Assembly (NCBI GenBank): GCA_937930175.1
Contig: CALGLP010000013.1
Location: forward strand, 75,764 to 139,763
DNA length: 64,000 bases
Direction: 5' to 3'
Source: an uncultured bacterium
GTDB lineage: Bacteria; Omnitrophota; Gorgyraeia; Zapsychrales; Aceulaceae
Shown: piece after piece, positions 9,456 to 19,037 of the stretch
Numbering within the stretch: the stretch's first letter is position 1
Layout: every line of letters begins with the position of its first letter
The notes under the pieces: generated by a model
Told to the model about the DNA's origin: nothing
Seen by the model: the letters and a program-made list of their open reading frames with translations, nothing else
Databases searched by the model: none
Position numbers and translations under genes: made by a program

Positions 9456-9818
9456 ATGGAAGGGAAGATTAAGAGTTTCAAAGATCTTAGAATTTGGCAA
9501 AAGGGTATTGAAGTCGTAGCGGATTCATATCAATTAACAAAGAATTTTCCTAAAGAAGAGCTTTACGGGTTAACGTCTCAGATTCGCAGATCGAGCGTGT
9601 CCATTCCTTCAAATATTGCTGAAGGGTTTAAAAGATACCACAACAAGGAATACAAGCAGTTTTTATTTATTGCTCTTGGTTCCTTGGCAGAACTGGAGAC
9701 GCAGTTGATTATCGCCGAGAAACTGAATTTTGTTAACCTGCAAGACCTTCAGAATGTTTCTAGCAAAATAGAATACTTGTCAAAGATGATTTCTTCGCTA
9801 ATGAAAAAATTGTCTTAA
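9456..9818 (+). CDS. four-helix-bundle protein (23S rRNA intervening-sequence protein family)
   Basis: KDLRIWQKGIEVVADSYQLTKNFPKEELYGLTSQIRRSSVSIPSNIAEGFKRYHNKEY...LGSLAELETQL matches the TIGR02436/PF05635-type signature by recall. Confidence 0.8.
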   Translation: MEGKIKSFKDLRIWQKGIEVVADSYQLTKNFPKEELYGLTSQIRRSSVSIPSNIAEGFKRYHNKEYKQFLFIALGSLAELETQLIIAEKLNFVNLQDLQNVSSKIEYLSKMISSLMKKLS

Positions 9819-9830
9819 GATCGGCATTTA

Positions 9831-9859
9831 CACTATATACGATATACCATATACTACAG
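9831..9859. repeat. right inverted repeat of ATATAC hexamers flanking the four-helix-bundle cassette
   Basis: ctATATACgATATACcATATACtac is the reverse complement of GTATAT units in the left repeat. Confidence 0.5.
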
Positions 9860-9880
9860 ACTAATTAAATGGAGCAAATC

Positions 9881-10642
9881 ATGAGAAAACCGATTATTGC
9901 AGGAAATTGGAAGTTAAATAAAAATATTAAAGAAGCTGTGGATCTTGTTAATGAGATTAAGGCTAAGTGCGCTGGCTTTGACAAGGCGGATATTGTGGTG
10001 TGTCCTGTGTTTACTGCGCTTTCTAAAGTCGCTGAGGTGTTAGAGGGGACAAAGATTGGCCTTGGAGCGCAGGATCTTTATTGGCAGGATGCGGGTGCGT
10101 TTACCGGCGAAGTTTCAGCGCCTTTACTTAAAGATGCAGGATGCCAGTATGTGATCATTGGGCATTCGGAGAGGCGACAATTCTTTGGCGAAACCAATGA
10201 AACTGTGAACAACAAAATCAAGGCGGCGCTTGCGCACGGATTGATTCCTATTGTTTGCGTAGGGGAGAATTTACAAGAGCGCGAGGCAGGCAAAACTTTT
10301 GATGTGATCAAGGACCACGTAGAAAATTCTCTCAAAGGATTTACCGCGCAGGACATGGGGAAAATGGTTGTGGCTTATGAGCCAGTTTGGGCGATTGGGA
10401 CAGGCAAAACAGCGACCCCAGCTCAGGCTCAGGAAGTCCATAAATTTATTCGTGGCCTTTTAGAAAAAAACTGTGGTAAGGGTGTGGCCGAAACCATTCG
10501 CATTCAATATGGTGGAAGCGTGAAGGCAGATAATGCCCAGGAACTTATTTCTCAGCCAGATATTGACGGCGCTTTAGTTGGCGGTGCAAGCTTGAAAGCC
10601 GATTCGTTTGCTGGTATTATTCAAGGATCTTTAGTAAAGTAA
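9881..10642 (+). CDS. tpiA: triosephosphate isomerase
   Basis: MRKPIIAGNWKLN...IGHSERR...AYEPVWAIGTG. GGAG sits 8 nt upstream of the ATG at 9881. An in-frame ATG 12 nt upstream is also possible. Confidence 0.9.
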   Translation: MRKPIIAGNWKLNKNIKEAVDLVNEIKAKCAGFDKADIVVCPVFTALSKVAEVLEGTKIGLGAQDLYWQDAGAFTGEVSAPLLKDAGCQYVIIGHSERRQFFGETNETVNNKIKAALAHGLIPIVCVGENLQEREAGKTFDVIKDHVENSLKGFTAQDMGKMVVAYEPVWAIGTGKTATPAQAQEVHKFIRGLLEKNCGKGVAETIRIQYGGSVKADNAQELISQPDIDGALVGGASLKADSFAGIIQGSLVK

Positions 10643-10794
10643 AGATTTCTAAAAATGTTCTTTCTTGTGAGAAGTTTTTAGTTTAACGTATCTCGTTTTT
10701 TTTGAGCAATAAAAGAAGCGGGGTTAATTCAGGAGTGTAATTTCTTGAGCACATAAGCCCGGGGAGTTATGTCTCATTAAAAAAGGGAGTTGGT

Positions 10795-11166
10795 ATGTAT
10801 CAATTGGCATTAGTTGTTCATGTTTTGGCTTGTATTTTGCTTCTCATTGTTGTGTTGATGCAATCAGGTCGTGGCGGTGGCTTGACGCAGGCCTTTGCCG
10901 CAGCAGAAAGTGTCTTTGGACCAAAGACCAATTCGCTTCTGGTTCGCGCAACAACTATTTTGGCGCTTGTTTTTCTTGTGACTTCGTTAAGCCTTGCGTA
11001 TTTGTCCGCGCAAAAAGATAAGTCCTTGTTGATGCATGAGGCGCTTAAGGAGCAAACGATTGATCCTAACAAGCTTTTTGATGATGCTTCAAAGAATGTG
11101 CAAACCATTGAAATCAATGCCATGGAGGCGCCGGACACCAGTGAGCCACCTCCCGCTGTTCAGTAA
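10795..11166 (+). CDS. secG: preprotein translocase subunit SecG
   Basis: 123 aa. TM helices with LLLIVVLMQSGRGGGL in the SecG loop. Confidence 0.85.
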   Translation: MYQLALVVHVLACILLLIVVLMQSGRGGGLTQAFAAAESVFGPKTNSLLVRATTILALVFLVTSLSLAYLSAQKDKSLLMHEALKEQTIDPNKLFDDASKNVQTIEINAMEAPDTSEPPPAVQ

Positions 11167-12910
11167 ACAAGCAGTTCTTTTTCCGCAAGGTGCAAAAAAA
11201 CTACTAACGTGTTTAGTAGTTTTTTTGTTGTTTGTCTTCTCTAGGGCTGCGCTAGCCAAAGATATCGTGGGTGACAAGCACGGCGGCCAAGTTGTTTTTA
11301 CCTCTATTTCTGATCCTAAATCTTTTAATCCTATTGTTGCCCAGGAGACATCCTCGACGTCCATTATTGGTTATTTGTTTGAAGGCTTGACGCGGACCAA
11401 CGGCTTGACCCTTGAGGTTGAGCCCAATTTGGCCAAGCGTTGGGAGGTAGACACGGAGGGCTTGCGCTGGACATTTGATTTGCGTAATGATGTTTTATGG
11501 TCGGATGGTGAACCTTTTACCGCGGATGATGTTGTTTTTACGTTTAATGATTTGATCTACAATGACCAAATCCCGTCTTCTGAGCGCGATATTTTTACTA
11601 TTGATGGAAAAAAGTTTGAGGTGGTAAAGCTTGATACTTACAGAGTTCAATTTATCTTGCCCGTTAAATTTGCTCCTTTTTTGCGTTCCTTAGGCACGTC
11701 TATTTTGCCAAAGCATAAGCTTGCTGAGGCTCTTAAAAAAGGGCAGTTTAATTTTACTTGGGGCGTGGATGCGCCGGTGTCTGAGATTGTTGGGACAGGA
11801 CCTTATGTGCTTGAGCGTTATGCGCCCGGTGAACAGGTGGTGCTCAAAGCCAACGCGCGGTATTGGAAGAAATCTTTTGCGAATGAACAACTGCCTTTTA
11901 TTGCCAAGATTATTTTTGTGATTGTTCAGAATCAAGATGTCGCCTTACTTAAATTCTTAGAAGGGGAAATTGATGCCTTGACCCTTCGTGGTGCAGATTA
12001 TTCGCTCTTAAAGCCGATGGAGGCAAAAAAGAATTTCACGATTTATAATTTGGGTCCTGCTCCGGGGAGTAATTTTATTGTGTTCAATCAGAATGCGCGT
12101 CTTAATCCTCAGACCGGTAGGCCGTTTGTTAACCCTAAAAAGATTGCCTGGTTTTCTCATCCTCTTTTTCGCCAGGCCGTGGCGCATGCGATTGACAAGA
12201 AGAAAATTATTGATATTGTTATGAATGGATTTGGTTACCCTCAGAATTCTCCGGTTGATCCCAATAATAATATTTTTTATAACGCGTCGGTGCCGACTTA
12301 TGATTATAACTTGAATAAGGCCCAGGCGCTTCTTGCCAAGGCAGGCTTTCGTGACCGTGATGGCGATGGCCTCCTTGAGGATAGCCAGGGGAACAAGGTC
12401 GAGTTTAATCTTTATACCAATTCTAACGCCGTGGAGCGCATGCAAATCGCTGCAATTATCCGCCATGATTTAAAGAAGCTTGGCATGAATGTCAACTTTC
12501 TAGCCCTTGAGTTTAATAATCTCGTTTCCAAGTTGATGGCTAATTATGATTGGGACGCGATTATTTTAGGCTTGACCGGTGGGCTTGAGCCGCATTTTGG
12601 GAAAAATGTTTGGGTTTCCGATGGTCAGCTTCATTTTTGGAATCCAGGGCAGAGGACGCCAGCAACGTCGTGGGAAAAGCGTGTAGATGAAATTTTTACT
12701 CAAGGCGTCCAAATCCTAAATGACAAAGAGCGCAAACCTCTTTACGATGAATGGCAGGAGATTGTGGCTAAAGAATTACCGCTGATCTATACGGTTTTAG
12801 GATCGTATTTAACAGCAGTCCGTAATAAGTTCGAGAACCTTCAGCCCTCCAGTTACAGCGGTGTGTTTTATAACTTGGAAGAAATTTATTTAAAAGAAAC
12901 CTTTCGATAA
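11117..12910 (+). CDS. ABC transporter substrate-binding protein, family 5 (peptide/nickel Opp/Dpp-type)
   Basis: Long SBP_bac_5-like sequence with signal h-region LLTCLVVFLLFVFSRAALA. The only in-frame ATG upstream of the signal peptide is at 11117, about 50 nt inside secG, so the start is uncertain. Confidence 0.75.
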   Translation: MPWRRRTPVSHLPLFSKQAVLFPQGAKKLLTCLVVFLLFVFSRAALAKDIVGDKHGGQVVFTSISDPKSFNPIVAQETSSTSIIGYLFEGLTRTNGLTLEVEPNLAKRWEVDTEGLRWTFDLRNDVLWSDGEPFTADDVVFTFNDLIYNDQIPSSERDIFTIDGKKFEVVKLDTYRVQFILPVKFAPFLRSLGTSILPKHKLAEALKKGQFNFTWGVDAPVSEIVGTGPYVLERYAPGEQVVLKANARYWKKSFANEQLPFIAKIIFVIVQNQDVALLKFLEGEIDALTLRGADYSLLKPMEAKKNFTIYNLGPAPGSNFIVFNQNARLNPQTGRPFVNPKKIAWFSHPLFRQAVAHAIDKKKIIDIVMNGFGYPQNSPVDPNNNIFYNASVPTYDYNLNKAQALLAKAGFRDRDGDGLLEDSQGNKVEFNLYTNSNAVERMQIAAIIRHDLKKLGMNVNFLALEFNNLVSKLMANYDWDAIILGLTGGLEPHFGKNVWVSDGQLHFWNPGQRTPATSWEKRVDEIFTQGVQILNDKERKPLYDEWQEIVAKELPLIYTVLGSYLTAVRNKFENLQPSSYSGVFYNLEEIYLKETFR

Positions 12911-12911
12911 T

Positions 12912-13877
12912 ATGCTGAAATTTATTATTCGTCGCGTGTTGATTGCGATCCCGCTTCTCTTAGGCATCTCCTTGATGACCTTTCTTTTGATTCAGCTCAC
13001 GCCGGGAAACTTTTTTGATGCCCTCAAGCTGGATCCGCGTATTTCGCCAGAAACCATTGCACACTATGAAAAGCTTTATCGCCTGGATCGGCCCTTGATG
13101 GAGCAATATGGGGCGTGGCTCAAGAATCTTTTTCTAGGGGACTTTGGATATTCCTTTTATTATAGTTGTCCCGTTGGAAAGATTCTGCAAGGTCGCTTGT
13201 TTAATACTTTTGTCTTGTCGCTAAGCAGTCTTCTTTTTACCTGGTTTGTGGCGATTCCACTGGGCATTGTCATGGCCATGTATCGCAATCGTTTGATTGA
13301 TAAGTTGCTGTCATTTCTTTCCTTCTTGTGTTTATCCGTTCCTAGTTTTTTTCTCGCTATTCTCTTGCTCTATGTGGTTTCGATCGTCGGTGGACTTCCT
13401 TTAGGCGGCATGCAGAGTGTGGATACCGAGCAAATGGGATTTTGGGCCAAGTTTTTTGATCTTGTGGCACATTTGATCATTCCAACCATTGTGATTTCGA
13501 TTGGTACCATGGCAGGGCTTCAGAGATTGATGCGCGGTAACATGCTCGAGGTGTTAGGGCAGCCCTATATTTTAGCAGCTCGGGCCAAGGGGTTATCGGA
13601 GCAAAAAGTGATTTTTAGGCATGCCCTGCGTAATGCTCTTAATCCCATGATTACGATTTTAGGATATCATTTCTCGGAGTTGTTAAGCGGTGCGGCCTTG
13701 GTTGAGATTATTTGCAATTGGCCCGGTATTGGTTCGCTCATGTTGACTGCGGTTCGGGCCAAGGATGTTTATCTGGTGATGGCGAGCATGATCATGGGTG
13801 GGGTCTTGTTGCTTGTTGGAAATCTGTGCGCGGATATTATGCTGGCGTGGGCTGACCCAAGGATTCGTCATGAATAA
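12912..13877 (+). CDS. ABC transporter permease (OppB/DppB-type)
   Basis: Six TM segments and the permease EAA-like region. Position in the operon. Confidence 0.85.
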   Translation: MLKFIIRRVLIAIPLLLGISLMTFLLIQLTPGNFFDALKLDPRISPETIAHYEKLYRLDRPLMEQYGAWLKNLFLGDFGYSFYYSCPVGKILQGRLFNTFVLSLSSLLFTWFVAIPLGIVMAMYRNRLIDKLLSFLSFLCLSVPSFFLAILLLYVVSIVGGLPLGGMQSVDTEQMGFWAKFFDLVAHLIIPTIVISIGTMAGLQRLMRGNMLEVLGQPYILAARAKGLSEQKVIFRHALRNALNPMITILGYHFSELLSGAALVEIICNWPGIGSLMLTAVRAKDVYLVMASMIMGGVLLLVGNLCADIMLAWADPRIRHE

Positions 13878-14970
13878 ACAAGGACAACACGTAAGTCAGT
13901 TTCAAGCGAGTTTTAAGGTTTTTCAAAGAAACCGATTGGCAGTTGCGTGTCTTAGTGTTTTAGGTTTGCTTTATTTTCTCGCGATTTTTGCTGACTTTTT
14001 TTCTCCCTATTCTTATGATAATGAAGATCGCAACTATTCGTATTGTCCGCCGATGAAGGTGCACATGGTGAATCAAGACGGTTCATTAAGCTGGCCCTAT
14101 GTCTACGGCACTTCGTTTGTTTTTGATTCTTTTCATAAGCGGATTTACACTGAAGATAAGACTCAGAAATATACGATTCGTCTTTTTCCCAAAGGAGATG
14201 CGTATCGACTTTTGGGTGTGATTCCTTGGGATCGGCATTTCTTTGGTGTGGAAACAAAAGGGCGGCTACATCTTTGGGGCGCGGATTCGCGAGGACGAGA
14301 TTTGTTGTCACGGCTTTTGTGGGGGTCGCGCGTTTCCTTGTCGATTGGGCTTATTGGTGTTTTGATCTCATTTGTTTTTGGACTTTTTATTGGAGGGATT
14401 TCGGGGTATTATGGCGGTTGGATTGACACATTGGTGATGCGCCTATGTGAAATGTTTATGATGGTCCCGGGATTTTATTTGATGCTTGCCTTGCGCGCTG
14501 CGTTTCCGCCTAATCTTAACTCGCTTCAAATTTATCTCTTGGTGGTTGTGATCTTTTCTTTTATTGGTTGGGCGTCCTTGGCGCGGGTCATTCGCGGCAT
14601 GGCTATGACCTTGAAGCAACGCGAATATGTCCTCGCTGCTAAGGCCATGGGCCTTTCGGACTTGAGGATTATTCGCATGCATATTTTGCCGCACACGATG
14701 TCGTATTCGATTGTGGCCATCATGCTTTCCATTCCTGGTTATATTATGGGAGAGTCTGCCTTGAGCCTTTTGGGCCTGGGCATTCAAGACCCTTACGCCA
14801 GTTGGGGCAATTTGCTTTCTGAGGCTATGGGCATTGTGCAGATCCGATTTGCCCCGTGGATTCTCTTGCCAGGACTTTTTATTTTTATCACTGTGATCTG
14901 TTTTAATGTTGTGGGTGATGCCTTGCGCGATGCCTTGGATCCTTGGCTGAAAGCAGAAGGACAATCATAA
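13870..14970 (+). CDS. ABC transporter permease (OppC/DppC-type)
   Basis: N-terminal OppC_N-like region then a TM permease domain. ATG at 13870 overlaps the upstream stop (ATGAATAA). Confidence 0.85.
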   Translation: MNKQGQHVSQFQASFKVFQRNRLAVACLSVLGLLYFLAIFADFFSPYSYDNEDRNYSYCPPMKVHMVNQDGSLSWPYVYGTSFVFDSFHKRIYTEDKTQKYTIRLFPKGDAYRLLGVIPWDRHFFGVETKGRLHLWGADSRGRDLLSRLLWGSRVSLSIGLIGVLISFVFGLFIGGISGYYGGWIDTLVMRLCEMFMMVPGFYLMLALRAAFPPNLNSLQIYLLVVVIFSFIGWASLARVIRGMAMTLKQREYVLAAKAMGLSDLRIIRMHILPHTMSYSIVAIMLSIPGYIMGESALSLLGLGIQDPYASWGNLLSEAMGIVQIRFAPWILLPGLFIFITVICFNVVGDALRDALDPWLKAEGQS

Positions 14971-14971
14971 A

Positions 14972-15754
14972 ATGGCGACATTGTTGAAAATATCTAATCT
15001 TGGGATAACCGTAAGAACAGATGCGTCCTCGAGAACGCTTTTAAAGAATATTCATTTGGATGTGACTCCAGAGGAAATTGTTGCCTTGGTGGGCGCTTCT
15101 GGAGGAGGCAAAACAAGCCTAGGGTTGTCTATCTTGAGGCTGCTTCCTTTAGCTATGGAGATTGACGAGGGGAGTATTGTTTTTAAGGAAGAAAATATTC
15201 TCGCCATGCCGTTATCGGGGATGCGTCAGATTCGTGGAAAAAAGATTGGGATGGTTTTTCAGGAATCGTTAAGCGCTTTTAATCCTGTTTTTAGAATTGG
15301 GGATCAAATCGCTGAAGTTACGCAAACGCATTTAGGCCTTTCAAGAGCCAAAGCCATGAATAGAGTCGATGAGCTTTTGGACCTTGTGGAAGTTGGCGAC
15401 CCTAGAAAGGTAGCTAGGAGTTATCCCCATGAGCTAAGTGGCGGGCTTCGTCAGCGCGCCATGATCGCGCAGGCGATGGCAGCCTCGCCGGATTTAGTGA
15501 TTGCGGATGAGCCCACAAGCAATCTTGATGTGACAATCCAGGCTAAAATCTTAGAGCTTTTTAAAAAGTTAAGAAAAGAAATGCATCTTTCGATCTTGCT
15601 CATTACCCATGATTTAGGCTTGGTGCGTTTTATTGCGGACCGTATATTTGTTTTGTATGATGGCCGTATTGTTGAGTCGGGGGAAGCAAAAGCAGTTTTA
15701 GATGCGCCGGTCCATGATTTTACAAAAAAGCTTTTAATGGCGACGAAGATATGA
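14972..15754 (+). CDS. ABC transporter ATP-binding protein (OppD/DppD-type)
   Basis: Walker A GASGGGKT, signature LSGGLRQR, Walker B ADEPTS. Confidence 0.9.
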   Translation: MATLLKISNLGITVRTDASSRTLLKNIHLDVTPEEIVALVGASGGGKTSLGLSILRLLPLAMEIDEGSIVFKEENILAMPLSGMRQIRGKKIGMVFQESLSAFNPVFRIGDQIAEVTQTHLGLSRAKAMNRVDELLDLVEVGDPRKVARSYPHELSGGLRQRAMIAQAMAASPDLVIADEPTSNLDVTIQAKILELFKKLRKEMHLSILLITHDLGLVRFIADRIFVLYDGRIVESGEAKAVLDAPVHDFTKKLLMATKI

Positions 15755-16614
15755 AATTGCTTGAAATCAATAATGTCAGAAAATATTTCTCTACGTCACG
15801 TCATTTTCTGGGAAAAGCTCACCACTTGACCCGGGCTGTCGATGGGGTAGACATGACCATTGACCAAGGCGTGAGCCTAGGCCTTGTGGGCGAGTCAGGT
15901 TGCGGCAAGACAACGCTTGCCCGGATCGCTATGAATATGATCAAGCCAGACACAGGCGATGTCTTTTTTGAAGGGCAAAATATGGGGCATCTGCCGCGAA
16001 TGCAAAGACGCCTTTTGCCAAGTCTTATGCAGATGGTTTTTCAAGATCCCTTTAGCAGCCTTGATCCTCGTTTTAGTATCCGGAATATTCTCAAAGAGCC
16101 TATGGCGTTTTCTTCGCTCACGCGAGGAGAGCAAGAACAAAAAATGTACGAGCTTTTGGCTGCGGTGGGGTTTTCTGAGCATATTTTGGAACGCTTTCCC
16201 TATGAATTTAGCGGTGGCGAACGTCAGCGTATCGCGATCGCGAGGGCCTTGATGATGCAGCCCAAACTTCTTATTCTTGACGAGGCTGTCTCGTCGTTGG
16301 ATGTCCTGGTGCAGGAGCAAATCCTTCATCTTTTGTCGTTGCTCAAAGAGCGATTTGGGGTCACGTATTTTTTTATTTCCCATAATTTGCGTGTGGTGAA
16401 AAAGCTTTGTCCAAAGATCGCTGTCATGTATCAAGGAAAGATAGTTGAGATGGGGCCTGCTGAGATTTTATTTAACAATCCTTTGCATCCATATACCAAG
16501 CGACTTCTCTTGGCCGCCATCAGCTATCGTGCCCAAAATGTTGTGGCGGAGCAAGAGGTGTTGGATGAAAAACGACTCTGCGAGAAGGAAAAAGGGCATT
16601 TTGTGCTAGAATAA
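15751..16614 (+). CDS. ABC transporter ATP-binding protein (OppF/DppF-type)
   Basis: Walker [10 protein letters not shown], signature FSGGERQR, C-terminal oligopeptide-type extension. 4-nt overlap with the upstream ATPase. Confidence 0.9.
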   Translation: MKLLEINNVRKYFSTSRHFLGKAHHLTRAVDGVDMTIDQGVSLGLVGESGCGKTTLARIAMNMIKPDTGDVFFEGQNMGHLPRMQRRLLPSLMQMVFQDPFSSLDPRFSIRNILKEPMAFSSLTRGEQEQKMYELLAAVGFSEHILERFPYEFSGGERQRIAIARALMMQPKLLILDEAVSSLDVLVQEQILHLLSLLKERFGVTYFFISHNLRVVKKLCPKIAVMYQGKIVEMGPAEILFNNPLHPYTKRLLLAAISYRAQNVVAEQEVLDEKRLCEKEKGHFVLE

Positions 16615-16643
16615 TTTAAACTTTGGCTTTAAAAGGATTTTTT

Positions 16644-18962
16644 ATGGCAGAATTTTGGTGGAAAAAAGGTTGTTACGTAAGCGGGATGATGGCCGTGGGC
16701 GTTTTGCTGGGGCTGGTCATCTTCCTGTGCAATTTTGAGATTGCGGATTTTGATTTGTGGTTGCATCTTAAAACAGGTGAGGTCATTGTTGAGCAAGGTG
16801 TGATTCCTTTGCAAGATATTTTTTCTTGTTCGGTTGCAGGAAAGCCTTGGAATAATCACGAGTGGCTGTTTCAAGCTATCTTTTATTTGTTCCTTTCGCT
16901 GGGTGGTTATGAAAATCTTTTTACAGCCCAGGCCATGCTTGTTGCGTTGACTTTCATGACGCTTATTTTCTTAAGCGATCTGAAGCGACGACACTATATG
17001 ACAGTTTTTTTGCTCTTTTTGCTCACGTTGGTTTTTAAAACACGTTTAACCATGCGGCCGGATCTTTTTAGTTTTTTCTTTCTCGCGTTCTTTCTTTATA
17101 TCTTGGCAATTCATCTTGAGAAAAAGATGAGCGTCTGGCTTCTTTTTATCGCGCAGATCTTGTGGGTCAATATTCATGGGTTTTTTATTTTTGGCCCTTT
17201 GCTCATTCTCTTGAGCATTGTTTCGGAGCTTATCAAGCGGCACTGGCGATTGCCCTGGGACTGGAACACGGTTGGCCGTTTGACGGATCAAGAGCTTAAG
17301 AGGCTTAGCTTTGCGTTTGTGGCCACAGCCTTGGCATGCTTGGTGAACCCTCAGTTTGTGAAGGGGGCTTTGTATCCGTTTACGATTCTTTTCCAAATGG
17401 CAGGAGAGTCCTCGATTTTCTTTAACCATATCCAGGAGCTTCAGAAACCGATTGCTTGGGGTACGATCTTAACGCAGCGTTATATTTATTATAAGCTTCT
17501 CATTCTCATTTCAGCGTATAGCTTTTTTGTGAATCGCAAGCGCATTGACATTTCTGCGTTGTTGCTATGGGTGTTCTTCCTTGCGTTTTCTCTTCAAGCG
17601 ATTCGCAATATTATTTATTTTGGGATCGTGGCGTACTTAGTTACAATTCTTAATTTCTCTGAATACCGCCTCGAAGATATTTTGCCGGTCAAGTTTAAAC
17701 GAAATATTCTAAAGTTGATCACGATTTTTTTGCTTAATATTGCGATGATTGCTTGGATGGTGCGCTTTGGCTATCAGGAGTCTAAGGGCGTGTATTTTGA
17801 TTTTGACAAATATGAAATGAAAAGCACCTTTAGCGGCATTAGCCAGCGTAATTATCCATGGGCCGCCACAGACTTTATCAGGAACAATAAGATCCAGGGA
17901 AACTTTTTTAATGATTTTAATTCTGGGGCTTTCTTGATTGGTCGATGTTCTCCCAACCTTCGTGTGTTTATGGATGGTCGCACTGAGCTTTATGGTCCGC
18001 GGTTTTTTAAAGAATATGTGCGTATTTTGGAGGGTGATCAGGCGGCTTTTTTAAAGGCAGTTGATCAATTTCAACTAACCGGTGTTTTTTTGGGATCAGC
18101 CCATAATCGTCTTTCTGAAAAAACCCTCCAGTGGTTGTATCAGGATAAGGATTGGATTCTTGTTTATTTAGATTATGATGCGGTGATTTTCTTAAAAGAT
18201 GTTGCGCAGAATAAGGCTTGGATCGAGGCGTTTCGCAAGGATAAGAAGGGAATTGTCTTTAGCGATTTTGACTTTGAACGCCTTGGGCCGCGTGGAGTTT
18301 TTCCTTTTCGGGAGATCAAGCGCGCTTACAATCTCGAAGCCCTAGGTCTCAACGAGCTTGCCCTTGAGCAAATCACTCAAGCTCTTTTGATTTCTCCTGG
18401 TTCGTCGGAGCCGTATTACATTCGTGGAAGGATTTTGGAAAAGACTGGAAAAACCCAAGAGGCCTTTAAGAATTTTCGCTTGGCTGTTATGATTTCTCCT
18501 GATGATGCTGATCATCGTTATCATTTGGGACTTATGTATTTTGATTTAGGAGATTATAAAAAGGCTCTCAGAGAGTATGATCGCGCCTTGAGCAATGAGG
18601 CGAAACGATCGGATATTCTTTTGAGCTCTGCGTTAGCCTATCTTGCGGATGAGCAATATGATAAAGCCATGAAAGCTGCGCGTAAGAGTTTTTCTTTTGG
18701 GTCTAAGAATGTCTTAAAAGGCCTTAAGTTCGTTGATGGTTTAATTAGCAAGAAAAGATATGCTGAAGCTTTTGACATCCTTGGGGTCATGGTCAAGGCG
18801 CAGCCAAGCCATGGGGCTGTGTATCATAAAATTGGGCTTTGTTTCTTGGATCTTGGGGAAAAGGCCAAGGCTCAAGAAGCTTTCTTAAGGGGATTAAGGG
18901 TAGAGCCTGCGTCGCAAGAACTTAAAGAAGCGCTGCAAGAAGTCAAGGGCTTAAAAAAGTAA
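16644..18962 (+). CDS. polytopic membrane protein with C-terminal TPR repeats (glycosyltransferase-C-like membrane domain is a guess)
   Basis: About 12 predicted TM helices in the first 400 aa, then TPR-like repeats (YYIRGRILEKTGKTQEAFKNFRLAV..., YHLGLMYFDLGDYKKALREY...). The ATG at 16644 is preferred over the TTG at 16623. Confidence 0.55.
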   Translation: MAEFWWKKGCYVSGMMAVGVLLGLVIFLCNFEIADFDLWLHLKTGEVIVEQGVIPLQDIFSCSVAGKPWNNHEWLFQAIFYLFLSLGGYENLFTAQAMLVALTFMTLIFLSDLKRRHYMTVFLLFLLTLVFKTRLTMRPDLFSFFFLAFFLYILAIHLEKKMSVWLLFIAQILWVNIHGFFIFGPLLILLSIVSELIKRHWRLPWDWNTVGRLTDQELKRLSFAFVATALACLVNPQFVKGALYPFTILFQMAGESSIFFNHIQELQKPIAWGTILTQRYIYYKLLILISAYSFFVNRKRIDISALLLWVFFLAFSLQAIRNIIYFGIVAYLVTILNFSEYRLEDILPVKFKRNILKLITIFLLNIAMIAWMVRFGYQESKGVYFDFDKYEMKSTFSGISQRNYPWAATDFIRNNKIQGNFFNDFNSGAFLIGRCSPNLRVFMDGRTELYGPRFFKEYVRILEGDQAAFLKAVDQFQLTGVFLGSAHNRLSEKTLQWLYQDKDWILVYLDYDAVIFLKDVAQNKAWIEAFRKDKKGIVFSDFDFERLGPRGVFPFREIKRAYNLEALGLNELALEQITQALLISPGSSEPYYIRGRILEKTGKTQEAFKNFRLAVMISPDDADHRYHLGLMYFDLGDYKKALREYDRALSNEAKRSDILLSSALAYLADEQYDKAMKAARKSFSFGSKNVLKGLKFVDGLISKKRYAEAFDILGVMVKAQPSHGAVYHKIGLCFLDLGEKAKAQEAFLRGLRVEPASQELKEALQEVKGLKK

Positions 18963-18984
18963 TCGCGCAGAAAGAAATTTCCTA

Positions 18985-19014
18985 TTAGCAAAATGAATGC
19001 GCACAGAGTATAAT
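18985..19014 (+). promoter_or_regulatory. candidate promoter for glgC
   Basis: TTAGCA, 18-nt spacer, TATAAT at 19009-19014, about 25 nt upstream of the ATG. Confidence 0.35.
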
Positions 19015-19037
19015 CTAAATAAAAGAAAGGTTTTTTC

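Noticed and set aside
10650-10690. Possible terminator after tpiA
   Set aside because: Only a 5-bp bulged stem before a T-run (ttctttcttgtgagaagttttt). Too weak to call.
12008-12466. 152-aa minus-strand ORF
   Set aside because: Antisense to the ABC substrate-binding protein gene. Arg/Ile-rich composition typical of a shadow frame.
15895-16434. 179-aa minus-strand ORF
   Set aside because: Antisense to the OppF-type ATPase, which carries clear Walker motifs in its own frame.
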